From Clostridia bacterium (GTDB taxonomy: Bacteria; Bacillota; Clostridia; TANB77; CAG-508): 64,000 bases of DNA. The DNA is taken from contig JAAWDR010000028.1 of the NCBI GenBank assembly GCA_022793875.1, positions 23,544 through 87,543 of the forward strand, given 5' to 3'. Below are positions 50,866-61,004 of the stretch, piece by piece; position 1 is the first letter of the stretch, and each line of letters starts with the position of its first letter. The notes below the pieces were generated by a model. The model saw only the letters and a list, made by a program, of their open reading frames with translations. It did no database searches and had not been told where the DNA came from. Both the position numbers and the translations under genes were made by a program.

Positions 50866-50879
50866 AGTTTTCTCCCCTT

Positions 50880-52182
50880 TTATATTAAACTTAATAATTC
50901 ATTTATAAAATATAAAGGAATATTTTTAATCCATTCTTGTTCTCTATAATCAGACATTGATGTTCGTATACAATTTTTATTATTATATTTTTCGTAAAAA
51001 GCTTTTAAGCTTTTGGCTTGTAAGTTTTCTTCTGCTTTTACTTCTATTGGAATAATTTTATTTTCATTTTGTATAATAAAATCTATTTCTGCTTTTGATT
51101 TTTCTGCTGACCAATAAAATATAGATATATCTTTCATACTTTTTAATTGTTGTAATACAAATTGTTCTGTAAGTGCTCCTTTAAATTCTGTAAATATATT
51201 ATCCCCTTCTAATAAAGTTTTTTCATCTAATCCTGCCATTGTTCCTAATAGCCCTGTATCTACTATAAATAATTTGAATGAGTTAAAATCTTGATATGCT
51301 GCAAGTGGTAAATCTGGTTTCGAAATTCTTGAAATACTATAAACTAAACCACAATCTATTAGCCACATCATTGCTAGTTCAAATTCCCTTGCTCTTGCTC
51401 CTTCTCTAACTAATCCATAAATAAACTTTTTATTTTCTTTTGCTAATTGAGATGGTATATTATTCCATATCATTCTTAATTTAGGAACTACATCATTTGG
51501 TGCATGTTTTGAAAAATCTTGTTCATATGAATATAGTATTTTGTTTTGTATTTCTCTTACTTGCTTATAATCTCTGTTCTCTATAAAATTATATACTACT
51601 TCTGGCATTCCTCCTATAAAATAATATTGCTTTAAAGTTTCTATATATTTGGTTTTGAAAACTTTAATTAATTCTAAATCTTTTTCTTGTAACAATCTCA
51701 ATAATTCTTTTTCTCCTAAAGCCATTAAAAATTCTTTATAATTTAAAGGATACAAATCTAAAAATTGTACTTTTCCTACTGGAAATGAAGTTCCTTTATG
51801 TAATGCTACTCCGCAACAAAGAACCTGCTGCTATAATATCATATTCTGGTGCTTCTTCTTGAAAATATTTTAGTGCTGTTAATGCTCTTGGAACTTCTTG
51901 TATTTCATCAAATATTATTAGTGTTTCCTTTGGTTCTATCTTTTCTCCTGTCTCTATTTGGAGTCCTTCTATTATTTTTGCTGGAATTAAGTCTCCTTTA
52001 AAAAGTTCTTCCATTCTGGAATTGTTGTCAAAATGGATATATGCTACATTTTTATAGTTTGTTTTTCCAAATTCTTTCATTAGCCATGTTTTTCCAACTT
52101 GTCTTGCTCCCCTAATTATTAATGGTTGTTTGTTTTTAGAATTTTTCCAAGTTATTAAGTCTTCTATTTTTTCTCTATACAT
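50880..52182 (-). CDS. AAA_14/DUF4143 family ATPase, split as written by one extra C
   Basis: ORF 51796..52260 (IIRGARQVGKTWL) and ORF 50880..51755 together make one gene. The gene strand reads tct ttg ttg C gga gta gca tta cat aaa gga act tca ttt cca. Without the C (plus-strand G at 51813) this is AAGSLLGVALHKGTSFPVGKVQFLDLYPLNYKEF... Start trimmed to 52182 (AGGAAGGTGA SD). Confidence 0.85.
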
Positions 52183-52222
52183 GCTTATCACCTTCCTATT
52201 AATAATTATTATATAATATAAA

Positions 52223-52250
52223 ATCACAAAAGTCAAACGACTTTTGTGAT
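52223..52250 (-). terminator. probable galE terminator hairpin
   Basis: atcacaaaagtc-aaac-gacttttgtgat, with a T-rich tract on the minus strand. A partial direct repeat of one arm lies at 52268-52287. Confidence 0.5.
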
Positions 52251-52308
52251 TTTGTGCCACTTTTTCGAACGACTTTTGTGATTTACTCTATTTAATTTGA
52301 CTTTTTTC

Positions 52309-53319
52309 TTAGTCATGCATCTTTTTTTCTATATAATTCCAACTATCTCTACACATATCATCTATATTTTTTTCTGCTACCCATCCTAACTCTTCTTTAG
52401 CTTTAGTTGGGTCAGCATAACACATAGCAATATCTCCTGGTCTTCTTGGAACTATTTTATATGCAACTTTTTTACCTGTTGCCTTTTCAAATCCCTTTAC
52501 CATATCTAATACACTTGCACCATGTCCTGTTCCTAAATTATAAATATATAATCCTTCATTCTCTTTTTCTAATTTTTCTAATGCTTTTATATGTCCTTTT
52601 GCTAAATCAACAACATGAATATAGTCTCTTACACCTGTTCCATCTGGTGTATTATAATCATTACCAAATATTGATAATTCTTTTAATGTTCCTGCTGCAA
52701 CTCTTGCTACATAAGGCATTAAATTGTTTGGTATTCCTTGTGGTTCTTCTCCTATTAATCCACTTTCATGTGCTCCTACTGGATTAAAATATCTTAATAT
52801 ACATATATCCCATGTATTATCAGATTTATATATATCTTTTAATATTTGCTCTATAAATAATTTTGTTGTTCCATATGGATTTGCTGTTCCTCCTGTTGGT
52901 GTTTCTTCAGTTATTGGCATTTTTTCTGGTTCTCCATATACTGTTGCTGATGAACTAAATATGAATTTTTTGCATCCATATTTTTTCATTGTGTCTAATA
53001 TAACTAATGCTCCTGAAATATTATTTGTATAATACTCTATTGGCTTTTGAACTGATTCTCCTACTGCTTTAAACCCTGCAAAGTTCATTACTGCTTCAAT
53101 GTTATTTTCTTCAAATACTTTTTCTAGTTTCTCTCTATCTAAATAATCCATTTCATAAAATTTAAATTCTTTTCCTGTTATTTCTTTTATTGCTTCTAAT
53201 GCTTTTGGTCTACTATTTGAAAAGTTGTCTATTATAACTATTTCTCTTCCTTCTTTTAATAATTCTACTGCTGTATGACTTCCTATAAATCCAGCTCCTC
53301 CTGGTAATAATATTGCCAT
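52309..53319 (-). CDS. galE: UDP-glucose 4-epimerase
   Basis: 336 aa with GGAGFIGSH, SSSATVYG and PYGTTK (YxxxK). Confidence 0.9.
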   Translation of the reverse strand: MAILLPGGAGFIGSHTAVELLKEGREIVIIDNFSNSRPKALEAIKEITGKEFKFYEMDYLDREKLEKVFEENNIEAVMNFAGFKAVGESVQKPIEYYTNNISGALVILDTMKKYGCKKFIFSSSATVYGEPEKMPITEETPTGGTANPYGTTKLFIEQILKDIYKSDNTWDICILRYFNPVGAHESGLIGEEPQGIPNNLMPYVARVAAGTLKELSIFGNDYNTPDGTGVRDYIHVVDLAKGHIKALEKLEKENEGLYIYNLGTGHGASVLDMVKGFEKATGKKVAYKIVPRRPGDIAMCYADPTKAKEELGWVAEKNIDDMCRDSWNYIEKKMHD

Positions 53320-53487
53320 ATTGTTTCCTCCTCTTAATTTTATATAATTTATAAATGATATTTTATTATTGTATGAATTATATCAAACTAATTGTGTTTG
53401 TTCAATAGTTTTATTATTTTTAAATAATTCTATGTTGCAAATTACCTGCTCTCAAAAAACAAAAAACTGTAAATTGAAACATTTCTA

Positions 53488-53515
53488 TTGAAATTTCCTA
53501 AAAACATGATATAAT
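53488..53515 (+). promoter_or_regulatory. sigma-A-type promoter of the HIT-domain gene
   Basis: ttgaaa-16 nt-tataat, about 48 nt upstream of the ATG at 53564. Confidence 0.55.
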
Positions 53516-53563
53516 GTTGTACATAACTTATAAACATAATTTCAGAAAGGAACAGGTAACTTT

Positions 53564-54646
53564 ATGGAAGTTAATCTATTTGTTTTAAAGACACGGAAAT
53601 TGTTTGTTTTAAGAGGTAAAGAATCAGATGTTGACATTGTTCTTGGTAGTTTGCAATTTAAAGGATTAACAGAATTTCCAGCTTCACACGAAGTAACTCT
53701 ATTTGATATTAGTAAAGAATTTGACAACAACAAAAGCATTGTATGTTTTAAGCTTTCACAATCTGTATCTTTAGACTTTATAGAAATTAACATTGTTAAT
53801 TCTACACAAAATGACAATTCTAAATTTGAGAATTGTATTAATCTTATGGATGGCTGTCTAGCTAAGAAATTTCAGACTATCGCAGATAAATACAACTGCG
53901 ATATTGGAGATCATAAATCAAACAGCTCTGGATTAACTGGTACTCCAAGTAAAAAAGACTGTCCTTATTGCATTTATCTTAATGACAATCATTTTGATAT
54001 AGCTTGGCACATTCATCGGACTGTTTACAAAAGTTCCAACTTCTTTGTAATGCCTACTGTTGGCGAGTTCATAAAAGGATATCTTTTGATTATTCCTAAT
54101 GAACATGTCATGTCTATGGCTGAACTTTCTCCAGATTTGAATCAGGAATTCTTAGATGTTCTTGATGATGTAATTACAATATTAAAACTAACATATCCTG
54201 TTGACAATTTCCTTGTATGGGAGAATGGTACAGGTAATGGAGGAATCGGAAAAGCTAAAAGCTCAATCGTACATTCCCATATACATGTTGCACCTAGTAA
54301 ATTGGGTATTAATGCAATTGAGTTTCTATCTGGATTTCCTTTTACAAGAGTTTCTTATGATAATTTATCTTCATATGGAAAACATTCTTATTTGCTTATA
54401 AAAGGTTTTCGTGAGAATGAATGGTGGATTAATGACAATCCTGACCTGTACATTCCTCGTCAATATGTACGTCAGCTCATTGCAGCGGAATATGAACTTT
54501 CTGGTGATTCTTGGAATTGGAGAACAAATCCTTTTATTAATTTAATTGAAAGTACCTGTAAAGATATTCAGAATGCTTTAATACAAAATTGGATTTCTTT
54601 GCCTTCAAGGATAAAAGAAAATACAAAAAATTACTTGTTTTACTAA
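53564..54646 (+). CDS. HIT-superfamily domain protein with unknown N- and C-terminal extensions
   Basis: 360 aa. The central region has CPYCIY (CxxC as in Hint proteins), LLIIPNEHV and the histidine triad SIVHSHIHVAPS. Residues 1-125 and 255-360 match nothing I recognise. Two in-frame CGG Arg codons. Confidence 0.6.
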   Translation: MEVNLFVLKTRKLFVLRGKESDVDIVLGSLQFKGLTEFPASHEVTLFDISKEFDNNKSIVCFKLSQSVSLDFIEINIVNSTQNDNSKFENCINLMDGCLAKKFQTIADKYNCDIGDHKSNSSGLTGTPSKKDCPYCIYLNDNHFDIAWHIHRTVYKSSNFFVMPTVGEFIKGYLLIIPNEHVMSMAELSPDLNQEFLDVLDDVITILKLTYPVDNFLVWENGTGNGGIGKAKSSIVHSHIHVAPSKLGINAIEFLSGFPFTRVSYDNLSSYGKHSYLLIKGFRENEWWINDNPDLYIPRQYVRQLIAAEYELSGDSWNWRTNPFINLIESTCKDIQNALIQNWISLPSRIKENTKNYLFY

Positions 54647-54667
54647 AGTGTACTGAAACCTAAAAAA

Positions 54668-54692
54668 TGCTATCTTCTAACTAGAGATAGCA
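54668..54692. terminator. bidirectional terminator between convergent genes
   Basis: tgctatct-tctaactag-agatagca, flanked by aaaaaa on one side and tttttt on the other. Confidence 0.65.
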
Positions 54693-54715
54693 TTTTTTAT
54701 TAATATACACTTTTG

Positions 54716-55873
54716 TTATTTACAATCAACTACTATTAAAGGTACTTCCATCTCATTTGGAGTAAATCCACAATGAGTTGATTTTTTATTAGCCTTTTCT
54801 TTACACATATTAGTTTCCAATTTTATAATAGCATCCCCTATTGCTATAGCAATATAATCTCCTATAAAATCATCAACTTTTGGATGTTTATTTCCATATC
54901 CTAATAAATTTCTCTTTAAAAATTCTTCTTTACTAAATAATATAAATTCATCATTCATATTATCTTCAAAATATTTTTCAAATTTTTCTTTTTTATCATC
55001 TTTAACCCAAAATGTTACAGCTCTTGATTCGAAGCTTGCTGGCATTATAATACAATCTTGAATTTCTTTTAAATCTAAAATATTATATACTTTTTCTATA
55101 TCCTTATGTCCATGGTCTGCAGATATAATAACTAATGTATCAGTATTTTTTAATTCTTCACACATTTTTTCTATTTTTTTCTCTGCTTGTGTAATAAATT
55201 CTTTAACTTCTTCTGATTCACATCCATATTTATGTAATAATCCATCTGGATTAACATCATATCCTAAAATAAAATTCTTCTCATTATTATTACATATTGA
55301 TTTTATTGAATCACATAATAGGTCAATATTATCAGCCTTTATGTTTCTTTTGCTTCTTGCCTCGCAATGACCAGGATTTATTTCATATGCTTTAACTCTT
55401 GGTTGTGCATTTTCTATTTGTTCATATATTGGTACATATTTTACTAAATCAAATACATCCATTCTTGAAGTATTTATTTTTTCTCCTGTATATGAATCTA
55501 TTTTTCTTAGCATTTCTACTGCTCTTCCATATTCTTTAAAATATTGCGACATTGCTATCCAGCCTGTTTCGATTGGTGGCTTTCCTGAATAATATGTTGT
55601 TAATGCTGCCGTTGTTGTTGATGGACATACTGATGTAACTACATCTATTTTATTTCTTTCAAAAAATTGGTTAGGAGATATTTTTTTTAATATATGTTCT
55701 CCCATTCCATCTAATATTATCAATACTACATTTTTGTATCCTTTTGATAATTTCTCTTCTAAATTTGGTAATATTTTATATTTTGTATCTACTTTATAAT
55801 ATTTTAATATTGTATTTATTATATTTAAAATACTATGTTCATAATCTGGATATATTATTTCGTTTTCTTTCAT
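54716..55873 (-). CDS. alkaline phosphatase superfamily protein (type I phosphodiesterase/nucleotide pyrophosphatase-like)
   Basis: 385 aa with VVLIILDGMG, CPSTTTAALT (nucleophile Thr region) and ISADHGH. Confidence 0.7.
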   Translation of the reverse strand: MKENEIIYPDYEHSILNIINTILKYYKVDTKYKILPNLEEKLSKGYKNVVLIILDGMGEHILKKISPNQFFERNKIDVVTSVCPSTTTAALTTYYSGKPPIETGWIAMSQYFKEYGRAVEMLRKIDSYTGEKINTSRMDVFDLVKYVPIYEQIENAQPRVKAYEINPGHCEARSKRNIKADNIDLLCDSIKSICNNNEKNFILGYDVNPDGLLHKYGCESEEVKEFITQAEKKIEKMCEELKNTDTLVIISADHGHKDIEKVYNILDLKEIQDCIIMPASFESRAVTFWVKDDKKEKFEKYFEDNMNDEFILFSKEEFLKRNLLGYGNKHPKVDDFIGDYIAIAIGDAIIKLETNMCKEKANKKSTHCGFTPNEMEVPLIVVDCK

Positions 55874-55891
55874 TTTCTTTTCCTCTTAATT

Positions 55892-57292
55892 TTATACTTT
55901 AGAAATCTCCATCCCTTGTTTTGTATCTTTAACACAATAACCCATTTCAGAAATCAAATCTCTTAGCTCATCAGATTTTGCCCAATCCTTATTATCTCTT
56001 GCAATTTTTCTTTGTTCAACTAAATCTAAGATTTCCTGTGGTATCTCTTCCTTTTCAGAACTTGAAGATAATTTATCTACTTCAATTCCTAAAACTGTAT
56101 CAAATTTTGCAAGCAATTTAGCAACTTCTGAGTTTTTCTTTTCAAATCTTGCAGCTTCCCAAACATAGCTCATTGCAAGAGGCATATTTAAATCATCATT
56201 AATAGCTTTATGGAAGTTCTCTTCGATTTGATTTAATTTTTCTATGTCATCTCTACTTAGTATATCATTTCCATTTAAATTTGATTGGTAACTATTGCGT
56301 AATCTATCTAATGACTTAGATGCTGCATCTATACCTTCCCATGTAAAGTTTAGTTTATTTCTATAATGGCATGAATAACTAAATAATTTATATACTAATG
56401 GGTCATATCCTCTTTCTTTTATATCTCTTACTAGAAATACATTTTTTAAAGATTTTGACATTTTTCCGCCATTTATTAACAAATATTCTCCATGTATCCA
56501 AAATTTAGCTGGTATTTTACCACATCTACCTTTACTTTGAGCAATTTCATTTTCATGATGTGTTGGAACTAAATCTATTCCACCTGTATGTATATCAAAT
56601 TGTTCTCCTAAATATTTTTGTCCCATTGTTGAACATTCTATATGCCAACCTGGATAACTTGGTCCCCATTGACTATCCCATTTCATTAAATGATTTGGTT
56701 TAGCTTTTATCCAAAGTGCAAAATCTGCCGGATTTCTTTTTTCTGTATCAACATCAACTCTTGCACCTGCTTTTTGATTTTCCAAGTCTAAGTTTGATAA
56801 AATAGGATATTTATCAAGTTTAGATATATCAAAATAAATTGCTGTTGATGTTTCATATGCATATCCTTCTTCTATTAACTTTTCAACATATTCAAGCATT
56901 TCTTTTATATGTTCTGTAGCTTTACATACTATTTCTGGTATTTCTATATTCAAGTCTTTTAAATCATTAAAAAATAGTTGTGTATAATGTTCTGCAATTT
57001 CTATTGGTGATTTTTGTTCTTCTCTTGCTGATTTTAGCATTTTGTCTTCTCCTTCATCACCATCAGATACTAAGTGTCCAACATCAGTTATATTCATTGC
57101 ATGTTTTATTTTATAACCATTATATTTTAATACTCTTCTTAAAATGTCATTTAATATATTTGTTCTCATATTCCCAATACTTGCATCTTTATATACTGTT
57201 GGTCCACATGAATATATTCGTACTTCATTTGAGTCTATTGGTTCGAATCTGTCTTTTTGTTTTGTTAATGTATTGTAAAAATATATTTCCAT
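55892..57292 (-). CDS. cysS: cysteine--tRNA ligase
   Basis: IYSCGPTVY and GGKMSKSLKN (KMSKS) are present. Start trimmed to MEIYFYNT (AAAGGAGA SD). Confidence 0.9.
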   Translation of the reverse strand: MEIYFYNTLTKQKDRFEPIDSNEVRIYSCGPTVYKDASIGNMRTNILNDILRRVLKYNGYKIKHAMNITDVGHLVSDGDEGEDKMLKSAREEQKSPIEIAEHYTQLFFNDLKDLNIEIPEIVCKATEHIKEMLEYVEKLIEEGYAYETSTAIYFDISKLDKYPILSNLDLENQKAGARVDVDTEKRNPADFALWIKAKPNHLMKWDSQWGPSYPGWHIECSTMGQKYLGEQFDIHTGGIDLVPTHHENEIAQSKGRCGKIPAKFWIHGEYLLINGGKMSKSLKNVFLVRDIKERGYDPLVYKLFSYSCHYRNKLNFTWEGIDAASKSLDRLRNSYQSNLNGNDILSRDDIEKLNQIEENFHKAINDDLNMPLAMSYVWEAARFEKKNSEVAKLLAKFDTVLGIEVDKLSSSSEKEEIPQEILDLVEQRKIARDNKDWAKSDELRDLISEMGYCVKDTKQGMEISKV

Positions 57293-57365
57293 TTTTTCTC
57301 CTTTCACTACGCTTTGCTTCGTTCATCGCCATTCAAAATTTTAGATGGCAAATCTTGAAACAATT

Positions 57366-57394
57366 GGGACAGTGCAAAAATGTCTCACTGTCCC
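57366..57394. repeat. GGGAC/GTCCC hairpin (related to the palindromic element families)
   Basis: gggacagtg-caaaaatgtct-cactgtccc, between the PBP stop and the cysS start. Confidence 0.6.
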
Positions 57395-57402
57395 TTAGTG
57401 TT

Positions 57403-60009
57403 TTAATCTACTACATTATCATTTCCAGCTGATGTATTTGTTGATGTATTATTTTCCCCAGCTGAATTTGATGTATTATTATTGTTTACTGAATTATTTG
57501 TATTTGAATTATTTGTTGAGTTTGTATTTGTATTTGTGTTTGTATTTGTTGTACTATTATCTACTGTATTATTGCCTGTAGTATTATTTTCAACAGTTGG
57601 TTTTTCTTCTGGTTTTTTATGAACATCACATACTTCTTTTACTTGTTCATTTCCAACTTTAGAACCTGCTCCTACTGTTCTCCATAATCCTAATTGTTCT
57701 TTTGGCATATTTCCACCATAACTTTGTGTTTCTTTTTCTGGACAATAATCATTTGCTAATTTTCCTGTTTGCTTACATATTGTTTGTGTTCCATGCCCTT
57801 CACAAGTTGACGGTGTATTGTCTGATGTGAAAATTTCTGAATAAGTATTTTTACATGTCGATGTTGATATACATCCTGTGTCTTTACATACTGTAAGAGT
57901 AACTATTCCTGATGTTGGTTTACTAAATATTTTATTTGCTAATCCTTTGTGAATATTTTTCATTATTGTTGACCATAATTGTCCTGCTGGGTTATTTCCA
58001 TCTACACTATATACTTTACCATTTGCATACTTTAATGGTTCTTGGTCATTATCAAATCCCCACCAACATGCTGCTGTATAATATGGTGTCATACCACATA
58101 ACCATCTATCAACATAATCATCTGTTGATCCTGTTTTTGCACAAGTTTCCATTCCAGGAATTGCACAATATCCTGCAGTTCCTCCTGCTTTTAATGGTTC
58201 TTCTATTATAGATCTTGTTAAATATGCATTTTGTTCTGTATATACTTTTGTCTTTTCTTGTTTTGGCGTTAATACAGTTTCACCATTTGAGTCTACTACT
58301 TTTGTAAAGAATATTGGTGTTACATATACTCCATCATTTGCAATTGTTCCATATGCCCCCGCCATTTCTAATGGGCTAATTCCTTCTGATAATCCACCTA
58401 TTGATAGTGGTAATGAACGATCGTTGTCATTTAATGTTGTTATTCCCATTTTTCTTAAATACTCAATAGCTTTATCTGGTGTTAACTCTCTCATTACTTT
58501 TACCATTGGTATATTTTGTGATGTACGTATACATTCTCTTATATTTATTGGTCCTAAAAATCTATTCCATTCACCTGGTTCATATTTTCCACCAAAATTT
58601 GTTTTAACATCATCATATCTTGTTGCTGCTGTTATTACTTTTTCTTGTAATCCTGGTGCTATATCTGCTATTGGTTTCATTGATGATCCTGTTTGTCTTA
58701 TTAATTGTGTTCCTCTATTCCATCCAACAACACTATTTTTATCTCCTAAATTTCCACCAACTGCAACAACATGCCCTGTTGCATGATCTAGTATTACCAT
58801 TCCTGCTTGAGTATGTTCATTTTTCTTAGTTCCATCTGCTTTTAATAGTCTTCCAGGTATTTGATATTTCTTTTTAGCAAATTCTTCTTCAACTGCTGCT
58901 TGTATTGATGAATCTTGTGTTGAATAAATTGTTAACCCACTTCCATAAACATAATTTCTAGCTAATTCTTCTGACATATTCTTTTCTTCCATTATTTGCT
59001 TTATAACTGTTCTTATTACTTCATCTGTATGATATGAATATGTTGAATTTGTAACTGTATTTCCATTTTCAAATTTTAATCCTGCATTTGTTTCTTCAAC
59101 TGCTGCATTATATACATCTTCATCTTTTATTAATCCTTGGTCTTTCATTTCAGCTAAAACTGTTAAGACTTTTGCTGTTCTTTTTTTACTTAATTCTTCT
59201 TGATTTTTAGATGTATCAAATGGGTCATATACATTTGGTGCACTATTAATTCCTGCTAAAAATGCACATTCTGCTAAACTTAAATCTTTAGCACTCTTAT
59301 TAAAATAATATTTTGAACCTAATTCAACTCCATGAAGATTGCTTCCACCAACATATATTATATTCAAATATAATTCTAAGATTTGGTCTTTAGAAATCAT
59401 TCTTTCTACTTGTATTGCTTTTGCCCATTCTTTTACTTTTCTTGTTATTCCTGCAAGTCCGCTTCTTTCTTTATCATTTGTTACATTTTTTACTAATTGC
59501 TGTGTAATAGAGCTTCCTCCATAAGAAGAATTTTTTGTAAGAACACCTATTATTGCTCCTGCTGTTCTTTTTATATCTACACCATTATGGTCATAAAATC
59601 TTTTATCCTCTATTGCTACATAAGCTTTTGGTAAATATTCTGACATTTCACTTAATGATATTATTTTTCTTTTTTCATCACTACTTAAATTTGCAATTTC
59701 ATTTCCATCTTTATCTACTATAATTGTATTTGAAGCACCTACAGTTAATTCTTCTTTTGATATTTCAAATTCTTCTCCAAATAATCCAAAGAACATTGCT
59801 GCAATTACTCCTGCTCCTGCTACACATAGAAGTAAAAATAGTATTAGTAATATTTTTAGTATTAGTTTTAGTTTTGAATGTGATTTTTTCTTTTTATTTC
59901 CTTTTTTATTTTCTTTATTATTAATGTTTTTCTTTTCAACATTTTCTGCTTTATTTGTTTTTCTTGGTGTCGGTTTTTTTGAACGTTTATTATTACTACT
60001 ATTTGGCAT
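57403..60009 (-). CDS. bifunctional penicillin-binding protein 1A (GT51 transglycosylase plus transpeptidase) with an Asn/Thr-rich tail
   Basis: The transglycosylase motifs are EDKRFYDHNGVD and GGSSITQQL. The transpeptidase motifs are SSMKP and KTGSTDD. The last ~70 aa are NTTGNNTVDNSTTNTNTNTNTNSTNN... Start trimmed to MPNSSNNK (AAGGAGGT SD). Confidence 0.85.
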   Translation of the reverse strand: MPNSSNNKRSKKPTPRKTNKAENVEKKNINNKENKKGNKKKKSHSKLKLILKILLILFLLLCVAGAGVIAAMFFGLFGEEFEISKEELTVGASNTIIVDKDGNEIANLSSDEKRKIISLSEMSEYLPKAYVAIEDKRFYDHNGVDIKRTAGAIIGVLTKNSSYGGSSITQQLVKNVTNDKERSGLAGITRKVKEWAKAIQVERMISKDQILELYLNIIYVGGSNLHGVELGSKYYFNKSAKDLSLAECAFLAGINSAPNVYDPFDTSKNQEELSKKRTAKVLTVLAEMKDQGLIKDEDVYNAAVEETNAGLKFENGNTVTNSTYSYHTDEVIRTVIKQIMEEKNMSEELARNYVYGSGLTIYSTQDSSIQAAVEEEFAKKKYQIPGRLLKADGTKKNEHTQAGMVILDHATGHVVAVGGNLGDKNSVVGWNRGTQLIRQTGSSMKPIADIAPGLQEKVITAATRYDDVKTNFGGKYEPGEWNRFLGPINIRECIRTSQNIPMVKVMRELTPDKAIEYLRKMGITTLNDNDRSLPLSIGGLSEGISPLEMAGAYGTIANDGVYVTPIFFTKVVDSNGETVLTPKQEKTKVYTEQNAYLTRSIIEEPLKAGGTAGYCAIPGMETCAKTGSTDDYVDRWLCGMTPYYTAACWWGFDNDQEPLKYANGKVYSVDGNNPAGQLWSTIMKNIHKGLANKIFSKPTSGIVTLTVCKDTGCISTSTCKNTYSEIFTSDNTPSTCEGHGTQTICKQTGKLANDYCPEKETQSYGGNMPKEQLGLWRTVGAGSKVGNEQVKEVCDVHKKPEEKPTVENNTTGNNTVDNSTTNTNTNTNTNSTNNSNTNNSVNNNNTSNSAGENNTSTNTSAGNDNVVD

Positions 60010-60097
60010 ATCTTTGTACCTCCTTGCCAATTTTTATTTTAACATATCCATTATATTATATTTTTTATAAAAATAAAAGCTTTTGGCAAAAATTTTC

Positions 60098-60943
60098 TTA
60101 TAATTCTCCATTATTCAAAATTAACTTTTTAATAATTACATTATCCAACTTTAATTTTTCTTTTATATCACTAATTCTCTGTTTTTTATAAAATTGGGAC
60201 TCATATAAATTCTTTAAATAATATTTATTTTCTAGTGCTTTATCATTCTTTTTATCATCTCTAAAATCAATTTCGTAATCATTTATAGTTAGTCCATTAA
60301 ACCTTTTATTAACAATTTTAGTTTTTAACTTAACATTTAAAATTATTGCGTCTTCTTTAATATTATATTTATTAATTAATTCATTTGGAAAATCTATATT
60401 TATAATTATTCCTGATTTCATTAAACTTCTTTTCTTATTATTAGTTATCGATATTATTATTCCCTCATCTTCTTCTAGACTTTTTTCCAATTTTTTAAAT
60501 TTCTCCACATGATTTGTCACAATATTAATACTTTTATATTTTTTAGCTAATATTTTTATATTTTCAAATTCTATGTCTGTCAAATCATTTATTAATATAG
60601 ATATTACAAATTTATTTTCTTCTAATTTCTTTTTAGTTATTATATCTTGTACTATATCTGGCACTAAAATTTCAAACAGAAACTCTCCATTAGCTATTTC
60701 TATTCCATATGAGTTTAAGTAATTTATGAAAATTTCTTCTTTCCCTATTTCTTTACTTAACACTACCTTTTTACTATTTGATTTTTTTTCTATTATCCTT
60801 TTTACTTTTAATGCCATCTTTTCTAATTGATTTTCTTTCAAATTTTCATTAATTGGAAACATTATAGTATTATCCTTAATTTTTAATAATTTTAATTTTC
60901 TTTCTATAAAATTAGGCTTGTCATTTTTTTCTATATAAAACAT
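60098..60943 (-). CDS. hypothetical Lys/Ile/Asn-rich protein (281 aa)
   Basis: Intact ORF downstream of truB. I recognise no motif. Confidence 0.45.
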   Translation of the reverse strand: MFYIEKNDKPNFIERKLKLLKIKDNTIMFPINENLKENQLEKMALKVKRIIEKKSNSKKVVLSKEIGKEEIFINYLNSYGIEIANGEFLFEILVPDIVQDIITKKKLEENKFVISILINDLTDIEFENIKILAKKYKSINIVTNHVEKFKKLEKSLEEDEGIIISITNNKKRSLMKSGIIINIDFPNELINKYNIKEDAIILNVKLKTKIVNKRFNGLTINDYEIDFRDDKKNDKALENKYYLKNLYESQFYKKQRISDIKEKLKLDNVIIKKLILNNGEL

Positions 60944-61004
60944 AAAAACACCTCACATACTTTTATTTAAATATATGAGATGCTTTGTTATTCTATTCAA
61001 TATT

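Noticed and set aside
13360-57400. T-box leaders upstream of the aminoacyl-tRNA synthetase genes trpS, lysS, argS and cysS.
   Set aside because: The upstream gaps are short or filled by palindromic repeats or terminators. I could not find the conserved T-box sequence (AANNNGGTGGTACCGCG-like) on the gene strand.
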